Shown piece after piece: positions 36,687-47,175 of a stretch of 64,000 bases of DNA. The stretch covers positions 160,001 through 224,000 of the IMG/VR virus record IMGVR_UViG_3300023053_000001; one strand, 5' to 3'. Source of the stretch: a virus (Duplodnaviria; Caudoviricetes). Both the position numbers and the translations under genes were made by a program. The notes below the pieces were generated by a model. It saw nothing but the letters and a program-made list of their open reading frames with translations. It did no database searches and was not told the origin of the DNA. Position 1 is the first letter of the stretch, and every line of letters begins with the position of its first letter.

Positions 36687-37228
36687 ACATCGCTATCCAA
36701 GGCCTTGCCAACACCCTGCCCTTCCGTGTCACCGATCTGCGTGCGTTCATGCAGCACATCAGCCAGGTCACCGGCGTGCATGTGGTGATCATCAACGAGC
36801 TGGAAGGCCGGGTGTTCCTGGAAGGTACCCATGGTAACTGGGACCTGTACGCCACCGTGCACAACCAGTTCACCAACACGATGGAAGATGAACTGGTCGA
36901 TCTGGAGCATCTGGTCTCCTACCCCGACCCGTCCTACGTGGCTCCGCAACTGATCGAGGGCCAGAGTCCCGAGGATCTCGAGCCGGCACCGCGCATCTCC
37001 TTCCTGATCCCGGGTGAGTACGTCCTGTTCCAGTGGATGGGCGTCAAGGACGGTCATCCGTCCTCCAGTGTCTACGGCGTCAACTCCGAGATGGAGTCGG
37101 TGTCCTACAGCATGGACGAAATGATCCAGCGCGCACAGAGCGTGCTGGGTACCCCCGAACCCGGTTCGCTGCTGCGACCGCTGGAAGCTGCACCCGATTC
37201 GGACGACACGTCCGGGCCGGTGATCTAA
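36683..37228 (+). CDS. Hypothetical protein, paralog family A
   Basis: 181 aa with TLPFRVTDLRAF / VFLEGTHGNW / FLIPGEYV motifs. Confidence 0.75.
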   Translation: MNIAIQGLANTLPFRVTDLRAFMQHISQVTGVHVVIINELEGRVFLEGTHGNWDLYATVHNQFTNTMEDELVDLEHLVSYPDPSYVAPQLIEGQSPEDLEPAPRISFLIPGEYVLFQWMGVKDGHPSSSVYGVNSEMESVSYSMDEMIQRAQSVLGTPEPGSLLRPLEAAPDSDDTSGPVI

Positions 37229-37233
37229 ACCAT

Positions 37234-37258
37234 TGGGGGCTGCGTTTTGCAGCCCCCA
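37234..37258 (+). terminator. Intergenic hairpin
   Basis: TGGGGGCTGC-gtttt-GCAGCCCCCA. Confidence 0.55.
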
Positions 37259-37278
37259 TCCCTTACAAGGAATTTTTT

Positions 37279-38097
37279 GTGTCTGTGCAGATGAAGGAAG
37301 CAGTCCACGAACTGCAAGAGAGTGAGATGTACTTGATCGGTTTTATGGCTGGGCTCTACGTCAATAACGAGTTCATCCAAAAGACCCTGGCCGAACGTTT
37401 CGACATGCACATCTCGCAACCGCTGATCGCACAGGCAGTGGCGATGTATCGTGATCTGTTCCCGCATCGCATTCGCAAGATGCTGTTGCGCTATGCCATC
37501 TTCACGTCGTCGGATTTCTTTGAGTTCGCCGCCAAAGTGATCCCGCAGGGAACTTTCACCAACGTGGCACTGCGTCCGTACCACTGCACCTTGGTGCGTC
37601 CGGCCGCTGAGCATCTGATGAAGCGACTGCGCTTCAACGACCATACCCAAGCCAAGGGCATGGCGTTGGGCGAGCTGCAGTCGGCATTGGGTGCACGACG
37701 CTTCCGTAAGTTCTGGACCACCGAAATCCCGTACCTGATGTGGATGTGGTGGGACATGAACCCGCGTGTGGAAAAGGCCAGCGTGTCTGACTTCCGTACC
37801 TTCCTCAACGAAGGTAAGCACCGCGGTTCGGTGAAACTGGATGATTATGCGTGCATGCTGCGCAACAATCTCCCCGACGAACATCCGCAGAAGAATTCCC
37901 CGTGGACGCCCATGCTGGAGTACGTCTTCCAGTTCATGCGCTTCTTGCACGATAGCAATCCCCTCGATCTTCTCTCTGTGACCAAGGACCCGGAATGGCC
38001 GACCTACGAATTACCCGCATTGATAATTCCCCCGAAGCGGCCGAAAGTGGAGGACTTCCACACTGGCGACCCGCTGATGGCTCTGCTGAACGCCTGA
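37279..38097 (+). CDS. Hypothetical protein
   Basis: 272 aa from the GTG at 37279 (AAGGA SD), or from the ATG at 37291. Confidence 0.75.
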   Translation: MSVQMKEAVHELQESEMYLIGFMAGLYVNNEFIQKTLAERFDMHISQPLIAQAVAMYRDLFPHRIRKMLLRYAIFTSSDFFEFAAKVIPQGTFTNVALRPYHCTLVRPAAEHLMKRLRFNDHTQAKGMALGELQSALGARRFRKFWTTEIPYLMWMWWDMNPRVEKASVSDFRTFLNEGKHRGSVKLDDYACMLRNNLPDEHPQKNSPWTPMLEYVFQFMRFLHDSNPLDLLSVTKDPEWPTYELPALIIPPKRPKVEDFHTGDPLMALLNA

Positions 38098-38105
38098 CGG
38101 TACTG

Positions 38106-38552
38106 GTGCCCGAACGCCTGCTGGATCTGATCGAAGGTCGTCAGTGCAAAGAGCATCTGTACAACGAGTTCGACCTGCGTGTTATCCAGATGGGTGAACG
38201 CAAGCTGGTGACGCTCGGTACGGACATCGCCGGCTTCGGCCGAGTGCAGTTCTTCCTCGGCGATCGCGCCACCACACCGACGATCGAGGACCGGGTTGCG
38301 CTCGACCTGCTGGCCATCGACGTCGGTTCGCACGGCATTCCGCTCAAACCGGAAGTGGGCACCTTCAAGCAGTCTGACGAACTCGGCTACACGGCCGCCA
38401 TCACCATCTCCGCTGATCTGGAATCGCTGGATCAACCGTTGGCGGTGGTCATTCCTGCCGATCATCCGCTGCGCGGCTGGTTCCATCCGGTCACGTGGTA
38501 CACGCTCACGGCAACCGTCCGAAAGCGTGACGCTGAACCCGAACCGGCATAA
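38106..38552 (+). CDS. Hypothetical protein (start uncertain)
   Basis: 3' part of the 37995-38552 ORF. It ends at a terminator. Confidence 0.65.
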   Translation: MPERLLDLIEGRQCKEHLYNEFDLRVIQMGERKLVTLGTDIAGFGRVQFFLGDRATTPTIEDRVALDLLAIDVGSHGIPLKPEVGTFKQSDELGYTAAITISADLESLDQPLAVVIPADHPLRGWFHPVTWYTLTATVRKRDAEPEPA

Positions 38553-38652
38553 GTACATTCCCCTCCTCCCATTACGGGAGGAGGGGTGTATGCCCTTTCT
38601 TTTTTGGGTTGACGGCATAAAAGGAGTGGGGCCCCCGAAGGGGCCCCACACC
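38546..38652. terminator. Back-to-back terminators for convergent transcription units
   Basis: On +: GGCATA..CCCCTCCTCCC/GGGAGGAGGGG..TATGCC and a T-tract. On -: GTGGGGCCCC-TTCG-GGGGCCCCAC..TTTTATGCCGTC. Confidence 0.85.
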
Positions 38653-38681
38653 ACGGTCCAAGGGTAGCGGCCTTGGATTGA

Positions 38682-39539
38682 TCAGACCAGCTCGCCTGCG
38701 ACCTTGTCCAGGCCACCGGCGTAACCGGAGTTGTACGGCGCCACGTCCGCGTCCACGCCGTCCAGGAATGCCTTCTGGCGGTTCGGGTCGAGACCAGTCA
38801 GGTTCATGCGGTCGTAGATGGCCTGGGCCAGCTGACGCACGCCGTAGCCGTGCTGGTAGATGCCGGTGAACTCGATGTTCAGCTCGGAGCCTTCGCCAGC
38901 CTGCGACATGTCGCGACGGCCGGTGATGTCGCCGGTGGACTTCGGGAACATGTTCGTGCCGAGCCAGGCTTCCAGCACCTTGGTGCAGGTCGGATCGGGC
39001 TCGAAGAACAGCACGGACATGCCGTAGAAGTCCGGCAGCAGATCGGTCGGAGCAGCCGAACCACGGGACACCACGGCCGGGGCCTTGGTGATCGGGTCCA
39101 TGATCAGGTTGATGATCCACTCGCGCAGGAAGTGCGAGATCGGCTTGCCGTAACGGTCCTTCCAGGTGAAGGAGACCTGCGAACGCGTACGAGTCACGTT
39201 CGACGGATCTTCCTGCACTTCGCCGCCGCCGCCGAAGTTGGTTTCGACGGTGTCGACGTTCAGGCCGCCCTGCAGACCTTCGATGGTCAGCGGCTGCACC
39301 TCGACCAGAGCCTTGAGGGCTTCGATCCACTTGGACGGCTGGTCCATCAGGCGGAAGCCACGCGGGGCTTCGAGCACGACGGCGATCAGGTTCTTGCGAA
39401 CGTACGCGGTGGACGACAGGTAGCTGTCGAAGTGCACCGACGCACCATGCTGGCCGCCCTTGTTCAGGTCAACCATCGGCGCAGTGACCTTCTGGCCATA
39501 CGCCTGCTGACTCAGCAGGGTGTCTTTCAAACGCGCCAT
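38682..39539 (-). CDS. Tail tube protein (phiKZ gp30-like)
   Basis: 285 aa downstream of the sheath gene, with AGGAGA SD, motifs EAPRGF and AWLGTNMFPK, and very strong codon bias. Confidence 0.88.
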   Translation of the reverse strand: MARLKDTLLSQQAYGQKVTAPMVDLNKGGQHGASVHFDSYLSSTAYVRKNLIAVVLEAPRGFRLMDQPSKWIEALKALVEVQPLTIEGLQGGLNVDTVETNFGGGGEVQEDPSNVTRTRSQVSFTWKDRYGKPISHFLREWIINLIMDPITKAPAVVSRGSAAPTDLLPDFYGMSVLFFEPDPTCTKVLEAWLGTNMFPKSTGDITGRRDMSQAGEGSELNIEFTGIYQHGYGVRQLAQAIYDRMNLTGLDPNRQKAFLDGVDADVAPYNSGYAGGLDKVAGELV

Positions 39540-39592
39540 GGCGTTATCTCCTCAGTGAAACTGTTGATGAGGGATCTGAATGGAGCGCGGCA

Positions 39593-41686
39593 TTAAGCCG
39601 CGCTCGTCTCCAGGTCCGACTTGCGGTGCATGGCCACGGTGTACTGGCCCACGGTCACCATGTTCGGCGCGTAGATGTGCAACTTGCAGCTGTAGCTGTA
39701 GCCACGCTGCGAGTCAGCCTTCGTGTAGAAGGACTGCGGCACGATCGTGAAGCGGTTGCCGAAGCGGGAGGTGCGCATGTCGTCTTCCAGGAAGCCGTTG
39801 AGTTCCTTGACAACCTGGTCCTCGGTCAGCTTGCTGTTGCCGGTGATGGCGCGCCAGCTGCGCAGGCAGGCCTTCACACCTTCGATGGCCACCCACATGT
39901 TGATCGAGGAGTTCAGCACGGAGCTGTCGTCGTCGTAGGCGGTCTGCACGGCGGGGTAGAAGTACGACATGTGATCGAAGGACTGCACCCAGATCAGGCC
40001 GTTCTCCCAGTCCTGCTTGCGCGCGTTGGCCGGGCGCCAGGTGTTGTTGATGTCGCGGAACAGCGTCACGCGCTTGTTGCCTTCCTGGTCGTAGGCCAGC
40101 GCCTCGTTCCAGGTGCCGGTGGCAGCGCCCATGTAGTCCGAAGTCTTCACGGCCAGCTGATAGGACAGCGGCAGCAGCTTCTTGTACGGGTTGCTGATGA
40201 GCACGCCCGACTGGGCATGGATCATCACGCGAGCAACCTTGGTGCCGTAGAAGACCGACTCCGGGTAACCGGCGGCCACGGCGCGCAGGGCGACGGCCAT
40301 CGAGTCATCGGCGCTGTCGGTGTTCTGCGGCAGGGCCACGTCCTGCGTGGCAACGACCAGGCCGATGTCCGGGCGCTTGAGCACGTTGAACATGGCCTTC
40401 TTGGTTTCCAGGCTGTAGCCCGGGTCCCACACGGCCGAGACCGGGTAGCGGAAGGGGTCATGCAGCGGGTAGCTCGGGCTGGCCCACTTGTTGAACTCTT
40501 CACGCACGGCGGTGTCGAAGGCAGGCGCCGACATGGTGCCGTCGCTACCACCGGCAGCGTACAGGGTGCTGTTCTCGTTCAGCAGCACGCCGCCGTCGGC
40601 CGGGCCCAGCAGCTGGAAGGCCGCGTAGGGAACGCCATCGGTGTTGGTCGCGCTGAAGATGTTGACCAGGTGCAGCCACTCGCTGTCTTCGTCGATGGTC
40701 AGCACGTCCGGATGCAGGATGCCCTGCGGCGCTTCGGCTTCGCCGACCATCGCCAGGACTGCTTCGAGGTTGTCCTCGTAGACCTTCAGCTTGTGGAACG
40801 GACCGTACTGGTTCGGAACGCCCGGGGTGCCGATGTTCTCGTAGCCCGGCAGCAGCACGTCTTCGATGGACAGCAGCTGGTCGGTGCCCGCTGCGACCTG
40901 GTCGGGTTTCAGGGTCATGTCCAGGTACTGCGCGCCACCCAGGGTTTCCACCTGCTGGCTGGTGCTGTTGGCATCGGCGCGGGTGGTGAGCTGGACGCGG
41001 TACAGGTACGCCTTGATCTGCTCGACCAGGCTGTCGTTGAGCGCGTCGGCGCTGGAGGTGGTCGGCGCCCAGAAGCGCAGGCCGAAGTTGTTGCCGCGTG
41101 CGCCACGGAACGGAACCTGCAGGTCCAGGATCGGGTACTGGATCGACTGCTCATCGGTCGAGGAGACGATACCGCCAACCTTCTGGGTCATCGCGCCGAA
41201 GGCGGAGTCTTCGGTCAGGGTGACCTTCCAGTCGTTGAGCACCCAGCGGGCCTTGTAGCCAGCGATCTTGGTGCCGGTCGGGATCTTGTTGCCGGCCTGA
41301 TCGCGCTTGAACGAGCCATCGGGCATACGCTCATACAGCGGGATCTCTTCGGCCACGATGTCCAGCGACAGCAGCAGGCGCGCGGTGGTTGCATCCGCCG
41401 GCACGATGCGCTTGGTCTGCACGGTCTGGCGGGCGCGGAACACGTCCAGGAAGGCCGTTGCGTGGTTGTAGTACGGCTTGCGCACATTGAAGGTGTCGGC
41501 ACCGTACGTATCGACGATGGCGTCACCGCTCAGCAGCAGGGTGTCTTCCGAACCCCACTGTGCGTAGATGTAGCACAGCGGCAGGTGCGTCGGGACCGGG
41601 GTGGTCTCATACACCGGGGTCGTGCCGCTCAGATCCTGGATGCCCAGGATAACGGCACGCGGGAAGGCGTTGTTGATTGCGTTCAT
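39593..41686 (-). CDS. Contractile tail sheath protein (phiKZ gp29-like)
   Basis: 697 aa with PRAVILGIQDLS, PTHLPLCYIYAQWG and GYSYSCKLHIYAPNMVTV motifs, and very strong codon bias. Confidence 0.9.
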   Translation of the reverse strand: MNAINNAFPRAVILGIQDLSGTTPVYETTPVPTHLPLCYIYAQWGSEDTLLLSGDAIVDTYGADTFNVRKPYYNHATAFLDVFRARQTVQTKRIVPADATTARLLLSLDIVAEEIPLYERMPDGSFKRDQAGNKIPTGTKIAGYKARWVLNDWKVTLTEDSAFGAMTQKVGGIVSSTDEQSIQYPILDLQVPFRGARGNNFGLRFWAPTTSSADALNDSLVEQIKAYLYRVQLTTRADANSTSQQVETLGGAQYLDMTLKPDQVAAGTDQLLSIEDVLLPGYENIGTPGVPNQYGPFHKLKVYEDNLEAVLAMVGEAEAPQGILHPDVLTIDEDSEWLHLVNIFSATNTDGVPYAAFQLLGPADGGVLLNENSTLYAAGGSDGTMSAPAFDTAVREEFNKWASPSYPLHDPFRYPVSAVWDPGYSLETKKAMFNVLKRPDIGLVVATQDVALPQNTDSADDSMAVALRAVAAGYPESVFYGTKVARVMIHAQSGVLISNPYKKLLPLSYQLAVKTSDYMGAATGTWNEALAYDQEGNKRVTLFRDINNTWRPANARKQDWENGLIWVQSFDHMSYFYPAVQTAYDDDSSVLNSSINMWVAIEGVKACLRSWRAITGNSKLTEDQVVKELNGFLEDDMRTSRFGNRFTIVPQSFYTKADSQRGYSYSCKLHIYAPNMVTVGQYTVAMHRKSDLETSAA

Positions 41687-41898
41687 GAATTCAAGCTCCT
41701 AGGAACTGTACGACCTGTGAACCAAAACCGCCATGTCGTATCCATACGCCTAAGCGGTCTGGTCGAGATTTTGGCTGGCTTATGCTATAGCAAAATGGAG
41801 TGATGCCGCGCATCATAATAATTACTTCAGAAAATGATGCACAGTGGCTTCACAGCTGCAGCTGCGAAACACATCAACTTTTAAAACGGTGAGTAGCC

Positions 41899-42813
41899 AT
41901 GTACCTCAAAACCCCTTACGACACCACTGCCGGTTCCGGTTATCAGAGCGCCATCAAGCATGTTACCATGCAGGTCAAGCAGGCACTGGTGACGGGTGAT
42001 CTGAAGCAAGCTGCTACCCCCAAGGGACACCCCTTGAAAGGGATTTATACCATCCCTTCATACTTTAAGGGTATTGACCCCTTCTACCATCCGCTGGTGA
42101 CGGACTTCCGCGGCGAAACGATCGTCGTGGTGGATTCGCGCGCCTACCTGCGCGCTACCCCGACCGGTGAGCAGGTCATCAGCAATCGGATGGAATACGA
42201 ATTCCTGATCCTGCGTGCTGCGCTGACGCTGGCTTGGCTCAAGGGTGAGAACCGCGCCATGCTCGGCATGGCCGATCTTCCGCTGCAGACCTTCTGCGGC
42301 TGGATTCCAATGGCTGTGGTTCGCAACAAGCATCTGGACCCGCATCACCAGCAGGTGCTCACCGCACTGGCCGGCCTGTGGTTCCTGTCCCAGTTCGACC
42401 AGCTGGACTACAGCGACGAATCCACCCTGCTGCGTGCCAGCGCCCGTGTGGCGCGCCTGACGCGTGTGCCGGCAGACTTCATCATCCAGACCGGCCGTGG
42501 CCTGACCACACTGCAGTCCATGGAAGAGTTCTGCACGGCAGCTCGTGAACGTGTGGACTCCCCGCGTATGGCTGACTTCAGTCCGGGTCTGCTGGTGGCC
42601 TTCACCAAGTCGGCATGGTTCGGCGCAGCTGCGCAGGAAGTGTCGGCGATCGCGCTGGAGTACCCGCCGTACCTGATGGCCATGGTCGCTGCCAGCGTCG
42701 ATGACCGTTCCTACAAGAACTCGCGCATGACCCAGCTGGTGGAGATCTACGATCGCCAGGGTTCGGGTCGTCAGTACGCCATGGCTGTGGCGTCGCTCAT
42801 CCAGGAGATGTAA
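41899..42813 (+). CDS. Virion structural protein (phiKZ gp28-like)
   Basis: 304 aa with start MYLKTPYDTT. It is the first gene divergent from the sheath gene. Confidence 0.7.
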   Translation: MYLKTPYDTTAGSGYQSAIKHVTMQVKQALVTGDLKQAATPKGHPLKGIYTIPSYFKGIDPFYHPLVTDFRGETIVVVDSRAYLRATPTGEQVISNRMEYEFLILRAALTLAWLKGENRAMLGMADLPLQTFCGWIPMAVVRNKHLDPHHQQVLTALAGLWFLSQFDQLDYSDESTLLRASARVARLTRVPADFIIQTGRGLTTLQSMEEFCTAARERVDSPRMADFSPGLLVAFTKSAWFGAAAQEVSAIALEYPPYLMAMVAASVDDRSYKNSRMTQLVEIYDRQGSGRQYAMAVASLIQEM

Positions 42814-42816
42814 ACC

Positions 42817-45411
42817 ATGTCGAACGATTACCTCGTAGGGCATGCGGTTCGCAACGCATGGTGCAACCCGCCCCAAGACCTGCAGGTGATCCTCAAGCCG
42901 GCACGCATCAGTTTCCCCAGTGGCGCTCGCGGGACGGTGGATCATTCGTGGTCCACCATTCCTCTGCCCACTGCGCAGGATCTGTATCACGTCTACCAGA
43001 TCGGTCAGGTCAACCCGGTACTGCTGGGGCTGACTCCGGGCCGGATGGTCTGGCGCAAGCTTTCCTCTGTGATGAACAGCGAGAACTTGGTCGCCGATGT
43101 CTATGTGGCCAATGGCCTGCATCTGCATCGCGCTGAGTGCTGGGTGGTTTACACCGAGGAGCGCAATCTGCTGCTGGCCGTCAAGGACACCAAGCTGGCT
43201 CCGCTGAACAAAGAGCCGTTGTATCTGCGCCTGTACTCCAATGCGTACTTCGATTCGGTTCGAGCACGTGGTGAAGCCCAGGCCGTGTACACCAACTCGG
43301 TCATCGTCACCGGTGCGACCCAAGCGCTGACCTTCCAGAACGAATACCGACTGCAGCAGGCCAAGCACGGCTTGACCACGCTGTACGTCAACGGTGTCAT
43401 CATGGACAGCTTCCTGCCCACGCAGGTGGCCGTTGGTGACGTGCTGGAATACGTCTATGATTCCACCGTTAAGCAAGTGGTGGAGTTCCCGATCAAAGAC
43501 CTGCTGTACTTCAACTCGATCAAGGACGCCAAGGCCAAATACCTGCTGCATTACACCGCAGCGCAGGCCAAGGGTGAGATGATCGACTACCGTGATGACA
43601 TCGACGTCTATCTGGTGCGCAAGTTCACTCGTGGTACGAACACCCAAGCCTTTGAGGGGGTGTACTACCACAAGAACAGCGATGATGCCTTCCGTCAGCT
43701 GACCCACCGCGATTACTCGCTCACTGTGCCGTATGTGCAGGCATTGGCCGACGCACGTGCCGCATGGGGTGGTAAGGTGGCCGGTCTGACGGTACGTTTG
43801 CACATCCGCGATGCCGGTTACTCCCGTCCGCTGATCCATGAGCATTCGCGCATCAAGGAGCTGTACAAGCTCCCGCACAACGAGATCATCCGTGCCATGC
43901 ACGGTACCGACTCGACGGTGGATGTGTGGAAGGCGGTCAATCTGGAGAACTCCGATTACATCCGTGTGATGGATTCGCTGTACAGCCAGTTGAACCGCAC
44001 CATGATTCAGAGCGCCTACGGTTACAACGCCGTATCGCTGCTGGCCGGTGAGTCGCCGCTGCAGGTCAAGAACGTACACGGCCGTCGTCAGGTTTCCCTG
44101 CCCTACGGGTTGCAGGAGAACTCCACGATCTATGAGTACAATGCCCAAGGCGTCCTGCTCGGGTTCTACGTGCACAAGACCGGTCCGGAGTACGTGCCCT
44201 ACAACACTGCCTGTACGCTGGTGGAAGGAATCGTGGGTCTGGGTAATTACACCGCCTCCACGTATTTCGGCGGCGTGGACGTCGCCATCGATCCGAAGTT
44301 CAACTATCGTTTCTATCGCACCCCGCGCCGGGCCGGTAAACCGGACCAGACGCAGTGGGAAGATGTGACGGGTAACGATCAGGTCTACACCATCATTGAC
44401 AACAAGGTGGTGTGGTATCACGACACCTCGCGCTGGTTCACCGCCGTGCGTTCGGATGAACGCTTCTTGGCGTATGAGCGTACGCTGACCAGTGACAATG
44501 GCCTGCTGGACTTCTACATCGACGGCGAGGATGAATTCCCCGCCGGTGCAGCCCATGGCATCTTCTACATCCCGCTGGGTAAGCTCGATCTGTGGCTCAA
44601 CGGTCGAGCCATGATCGAGGGACTGGACTATGTGATCCAGTGGCCGCGCATCGTGGTGTGCAACAAGCGTTACCTGATCCCGGGCAACTCGCAGAAGCTG
44701 ACCGTTCGCGGTACCGGTTTCTGCAACTCGAATCTGGAGCGCGACACGCCCGCTGAGAACGGCTTCGTCAAGCATGGCATGCTTTCGCGCAATGGTCGTT
44801 ACGACATCCGCGATGACAAGGTGCAGCGTATCGTCATTGACGGTCGTACCTATCATCGCAGCGCGTTGAAGTTTGCCGAAGAGCACAAGGGCATCCAAGT
44901 CTCGGCGCAAGCTGAAGGCTCGCCCTACATCGTGGAGAACATCATCGTACCGCTGCGCTCGCTCGGTAATGATGAGGACTACGTGTATCGTGACCGCTCG
45001 TTGGCGGTGGACAAGTCGGTGGGCGATTGGTTGAACCTGCGCCTGCCCGAACCGGAGATCAAAGACCCGGTGATGGTCCCCAACAACAAGTACCCGATCT
45101 ACAGCCCGTTTGCCTCCACGATTCTGTATGACCTGATGAACGGTCGTCTGAGTACGGAAGCCTTCCGTGGCTACTACAGCGATCGCGAACTGCGTGCGGT
45201 GCTGCAGCGCTTTGAGTACCTGCTCGACTTCGACCCGTGCTTCCGTGAAGGACTGGATCTGCGTTACATCGCTATCCATGCCCACAACGCGCTGATCGAA
45301 TACGAGGTGGACATCTACCAGTGGCGCATGCTCTCCCGTGCCGTTCGCATTTACTTGCAAGATCGTGTGGACCTTACCCAGTTCCTTTCGATCAAGAAAA
45401 CGCTGATCTAA
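42817..45411 (+). CDS. Baseplate/virion structural protein (phiKZ gp27-like)
   Basis: 864 aa with NAWCNP.QD and YSPFASTILYDL motifs, at the conserved position. Confidence 0.75.
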   Translation: MSNDYLVGHAVRNAWCNPPQDLQVILKPARISFPSGARGTVDHSWSTIPLPTAQDLYHVYQIGQVNPVLLGLTPGRMVWRKLSSVMNSENLVADVYVANGLHLHRAECWVVYTEERNLLLAVKDTKLAPLNKEPLYLRLYSNAYFDSVRARGEAQAVYTNSVIVTGATQALTFQNEYRLQQAKHGLTTLYVNGVIMDSFLPTQVAVGDVLEYVYDSTVKQVVEFPIKDLLYFNSIKDAKAKYLLHYTAAQAKGEMIDYRDDIDVYLVRKFTRGTNTQAFEGVYYHKNSDDAFRQLTHRDYSLTVPYVQALADARAAWGGKVAGLTVRLHIRDAGYSRPLIHEHSRIKELYKLPHNEIIRAMHGTDSTVDVWKAVNLENSDYIRVMDSLYSQLNRTMIQSAYGYNAVSLLAGESPLQVKNVHGRRQVSLPYGLQENSTIYEYNAQGVLLGFYVHKTGPEYVPYNTACTLVEGIVGLGNYTASTYFGGVDVAIDPKFNYRFYRTPRRAGKPDQTQWEDVTGNDQVYTIIDNKVVWYHDTSRWFTAVRSDERFLAYERTLTSDNGLLDFYIDGEDEFPAGAAHGIFYIPLGKLDLWLNGRAMIEGLDYVIQWPRIVVCNKRYLIPGNSQKLTVRGTGFCNSNLERDTPAENGFVKHGMLSRNGRYDIRDDKVQRIVIDGRTYHRSALKFAEEHKGIQVSAQAEGSPYIVENIIVPLRSLGNDEDYVYRDRSLAVDKSVGDWLNLRLPEPEIKDPVMVPNNKYPIYSPFASTILYDLMNGRLSTEAFRGYYSDRELRAVLQRFEYLLDFDPCFREGLDLRYIAIHAHNALIEYEVDIYQWRMLSRAVRIYLQDRVDLTQFLSIKKTLI

Positions 45412-45421
45412 TGGCCTCATA

Positions 45422-45445
45422 GCCCCGGTGGGAAACCACCGGGGT
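45422..45445 (+). terminator. Intergenic hairpin with a GAAA tetraloop
   Basis: GCCCCGGTGG-GAAA-CCACCGGGGT. Confidence 0.55.
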
Positions 45446-45462
45446 TCTACCAAGGATTTACC

Positions 45463-47118
45463 ATGGCAGACAATCCCGTTCTGATCAAACACGATGGCGA
45501 AGGCTTCCGTGTTTGGAATATCAACCAGCTCTACACTCCTGGTAAGGATGAAGGGCATGTGCCGAACATCGATGACCTGGTCATCGATTACACCCAAGGC
45601 TTCTTCCGCGTGGTGGCTGTGAACCTGGACTCGGGCGTCTCCTCGCTGGTTCCGTGGGAAGCAACGCCGGTCAATCCCAGCACCGGTGTGGACTACCTCA
45701 TCGGCGATGGTCCGGGTACCGTGTCCGAACAGTTCCGCGTGTGGATCAACGACAGCGTTGTGCCGCATTCGCTGGCGGTGGACGGTGCGCTGTACATCCG
45801 TGGCGAGAAGTCCAGCTACGTCAAGATCTTCCGGGGCACCGACGTCAGTGAACGTGGCGAAGTCATCTCCGCCGTTTACGACAGCGCGCACAACTTCCTC
45901 GGTGAGAACGTGCCGTTGATGCTGTGCGACATGCCCAATGGCGTGAACTACGCCAACAAGACCGTGGCGCCGTGCTACACCAACACCAAGCTGGTCGATG
46001 GCGAGATCGTCTCGGTGGTGGCTTACTCGGCTGACAACCAGCCGCTGTATGTCAATCACCTCACCGCCAAGAACAGTGCGATCATCCGTACCACCGATGC
46101 CTCGATGAAGTACATCGTCGATGTGTCGCTGGAGTCGCCGTTCCTGTCCGACTCGGACCCGACCAAGCTGGTCTACCCGATCAACATGCCGGTGGAGAAC
46201 CTGAACCTGTACGGCGTGGTCACCTACTCCGACGGTTCCAAGTCGCGCCTGCCGGTGGATGGCACCAAGTTCTCCGTCTTCGGTCTGGACAACTTCATCG
46301 CCACCATCGAAGGTATGTCGATCCCGCTGGTGCTGACCTATCACCTCGGTGATGGTGAGTACAACTACCTGGCCGAACCCACGGCCGAGCGCACCATTTC
46401 CAAGCTGTACAGCGCCACCACCGGCAAGTTCGATGGTGCCTTCAGCGTCAAGCTGTACGCCTATCCGGAATGGGTCAACGATCAGGTCGGCTACCGTCTG
46501 GCCTACCGCCTGTACACCGGCGACCGCGAAGATTTCTACGAAGTCACCAACTTGGTGCAGCCGACGTCGGAATCGCGCAGCTTCGATCCGTTGCTCTATG
46601 GTGTGACGCAGAAGATTGCCGTGGCAATCAACCTGCGCAACGTCGATCAGCGCTTTGCCAACTACCGCCATGTCCAGAGCTTCGAGATCACGCTGCGTGC
46701 GCGCGGCGACGATGCGGCACAGGACAACTGGACCGTTGGCTTCTCGCCGAACCAGGACCCGCCGTACGGTCGCAGTGTGGTGGCGCGTTCGCGCTTCATC
46801 AACACCGGCAACTGGGAACTGGATCTGTCCTCGGGCTGCTCGACGCTGGAAGAATGGCTCAACCTGATTTACTACCGTACTCTGCCCATCTACGATCCGA
46901 CTACCGAGGCCAAGCCGCCGGAGCCGAACATCGTGATGGTCCGCGTGGGGCAGCATCAGGTCGAGTTCCCGATCGCGATGTGGAACACCCTGATCACCGC
47001 TCACGAGATGGTGGGCGAGGGTGGCCTGATCTACCTGCACTTCCTGCGCCGCAATTCCACCACGGATTTGCAGCTGGGCGTGTCGGGCATGGTCATGCAC
47101 CAAACTCCGCAAACGTAA
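45463..47118 (+). CDS. Baseplate/virion structural protein (phiKZ gp26-like)
   Basis: 551 aa with an Ig-like repeat segment (LYGVVTYSDGS), upstream of the terminase gene. Confidence 0.75.
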   Translation: MADNPVLIKHDGEGFRVWNINQLYTPGKDEGHVPNIDDLVIDYTQGFFRVVAVNLDSGVSSLVPWEATPVNPSTGVDYLIGDGPGTVSEQFRVWINDSVVPHSLAVDGALYIRGEKSSYVKIFRGTDVSERGEVISAVYDSAHNFLGENVPLMLCDMPNGVNYANKTVAPCYTNTKLVDGEIVSVVAYSADNQPLYVNHLTAKNSAIIRTTDASMKYIVDVSLESPFLSDSDPTKLVYPINMPVENLNLYGVVTYSDGSKSRLPVDGTKFSVFGLDNFIATIEGMSIPLVLTYHLGDGEYNYLAEPTAERTISKLYSATTGKFDGAFSVKLYAYPEWVNDQVGYRLAYRLYTGDREDFYEVTNLVQPTSESRSFDPLLYGVTQKIAVAINLRNVDQRFANYRHVQSFEITLRARGDDAAQDNWTVGFSPNQDPPYGRSVVARSRFINTGNWELDLSSGCSTLEEWLNLIYYRTLPIYDPTTEAKPPEPNIVMVRVGQHQVEFPIAMWNTLITAHEMVGEGGLIYLHFLRRNSTTDLQLGVSGMVMHQTPQT

Positions 47119-47121
47119 ACC

Positions 47122-47166
47122 GAATGCCCCTGCACCGCAAGGTGCAGGGGCATTCCTCCCTATGCG
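47122..47166 (+). terminator. 15-bp hairpin followed by TATGCG
   Basis: GAATGCCCCTGCACC-GCAA-GGTGCAGGGGCATTC. Confidence 0.7.
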
Positions 47167-47175
47167 AGATATGAC

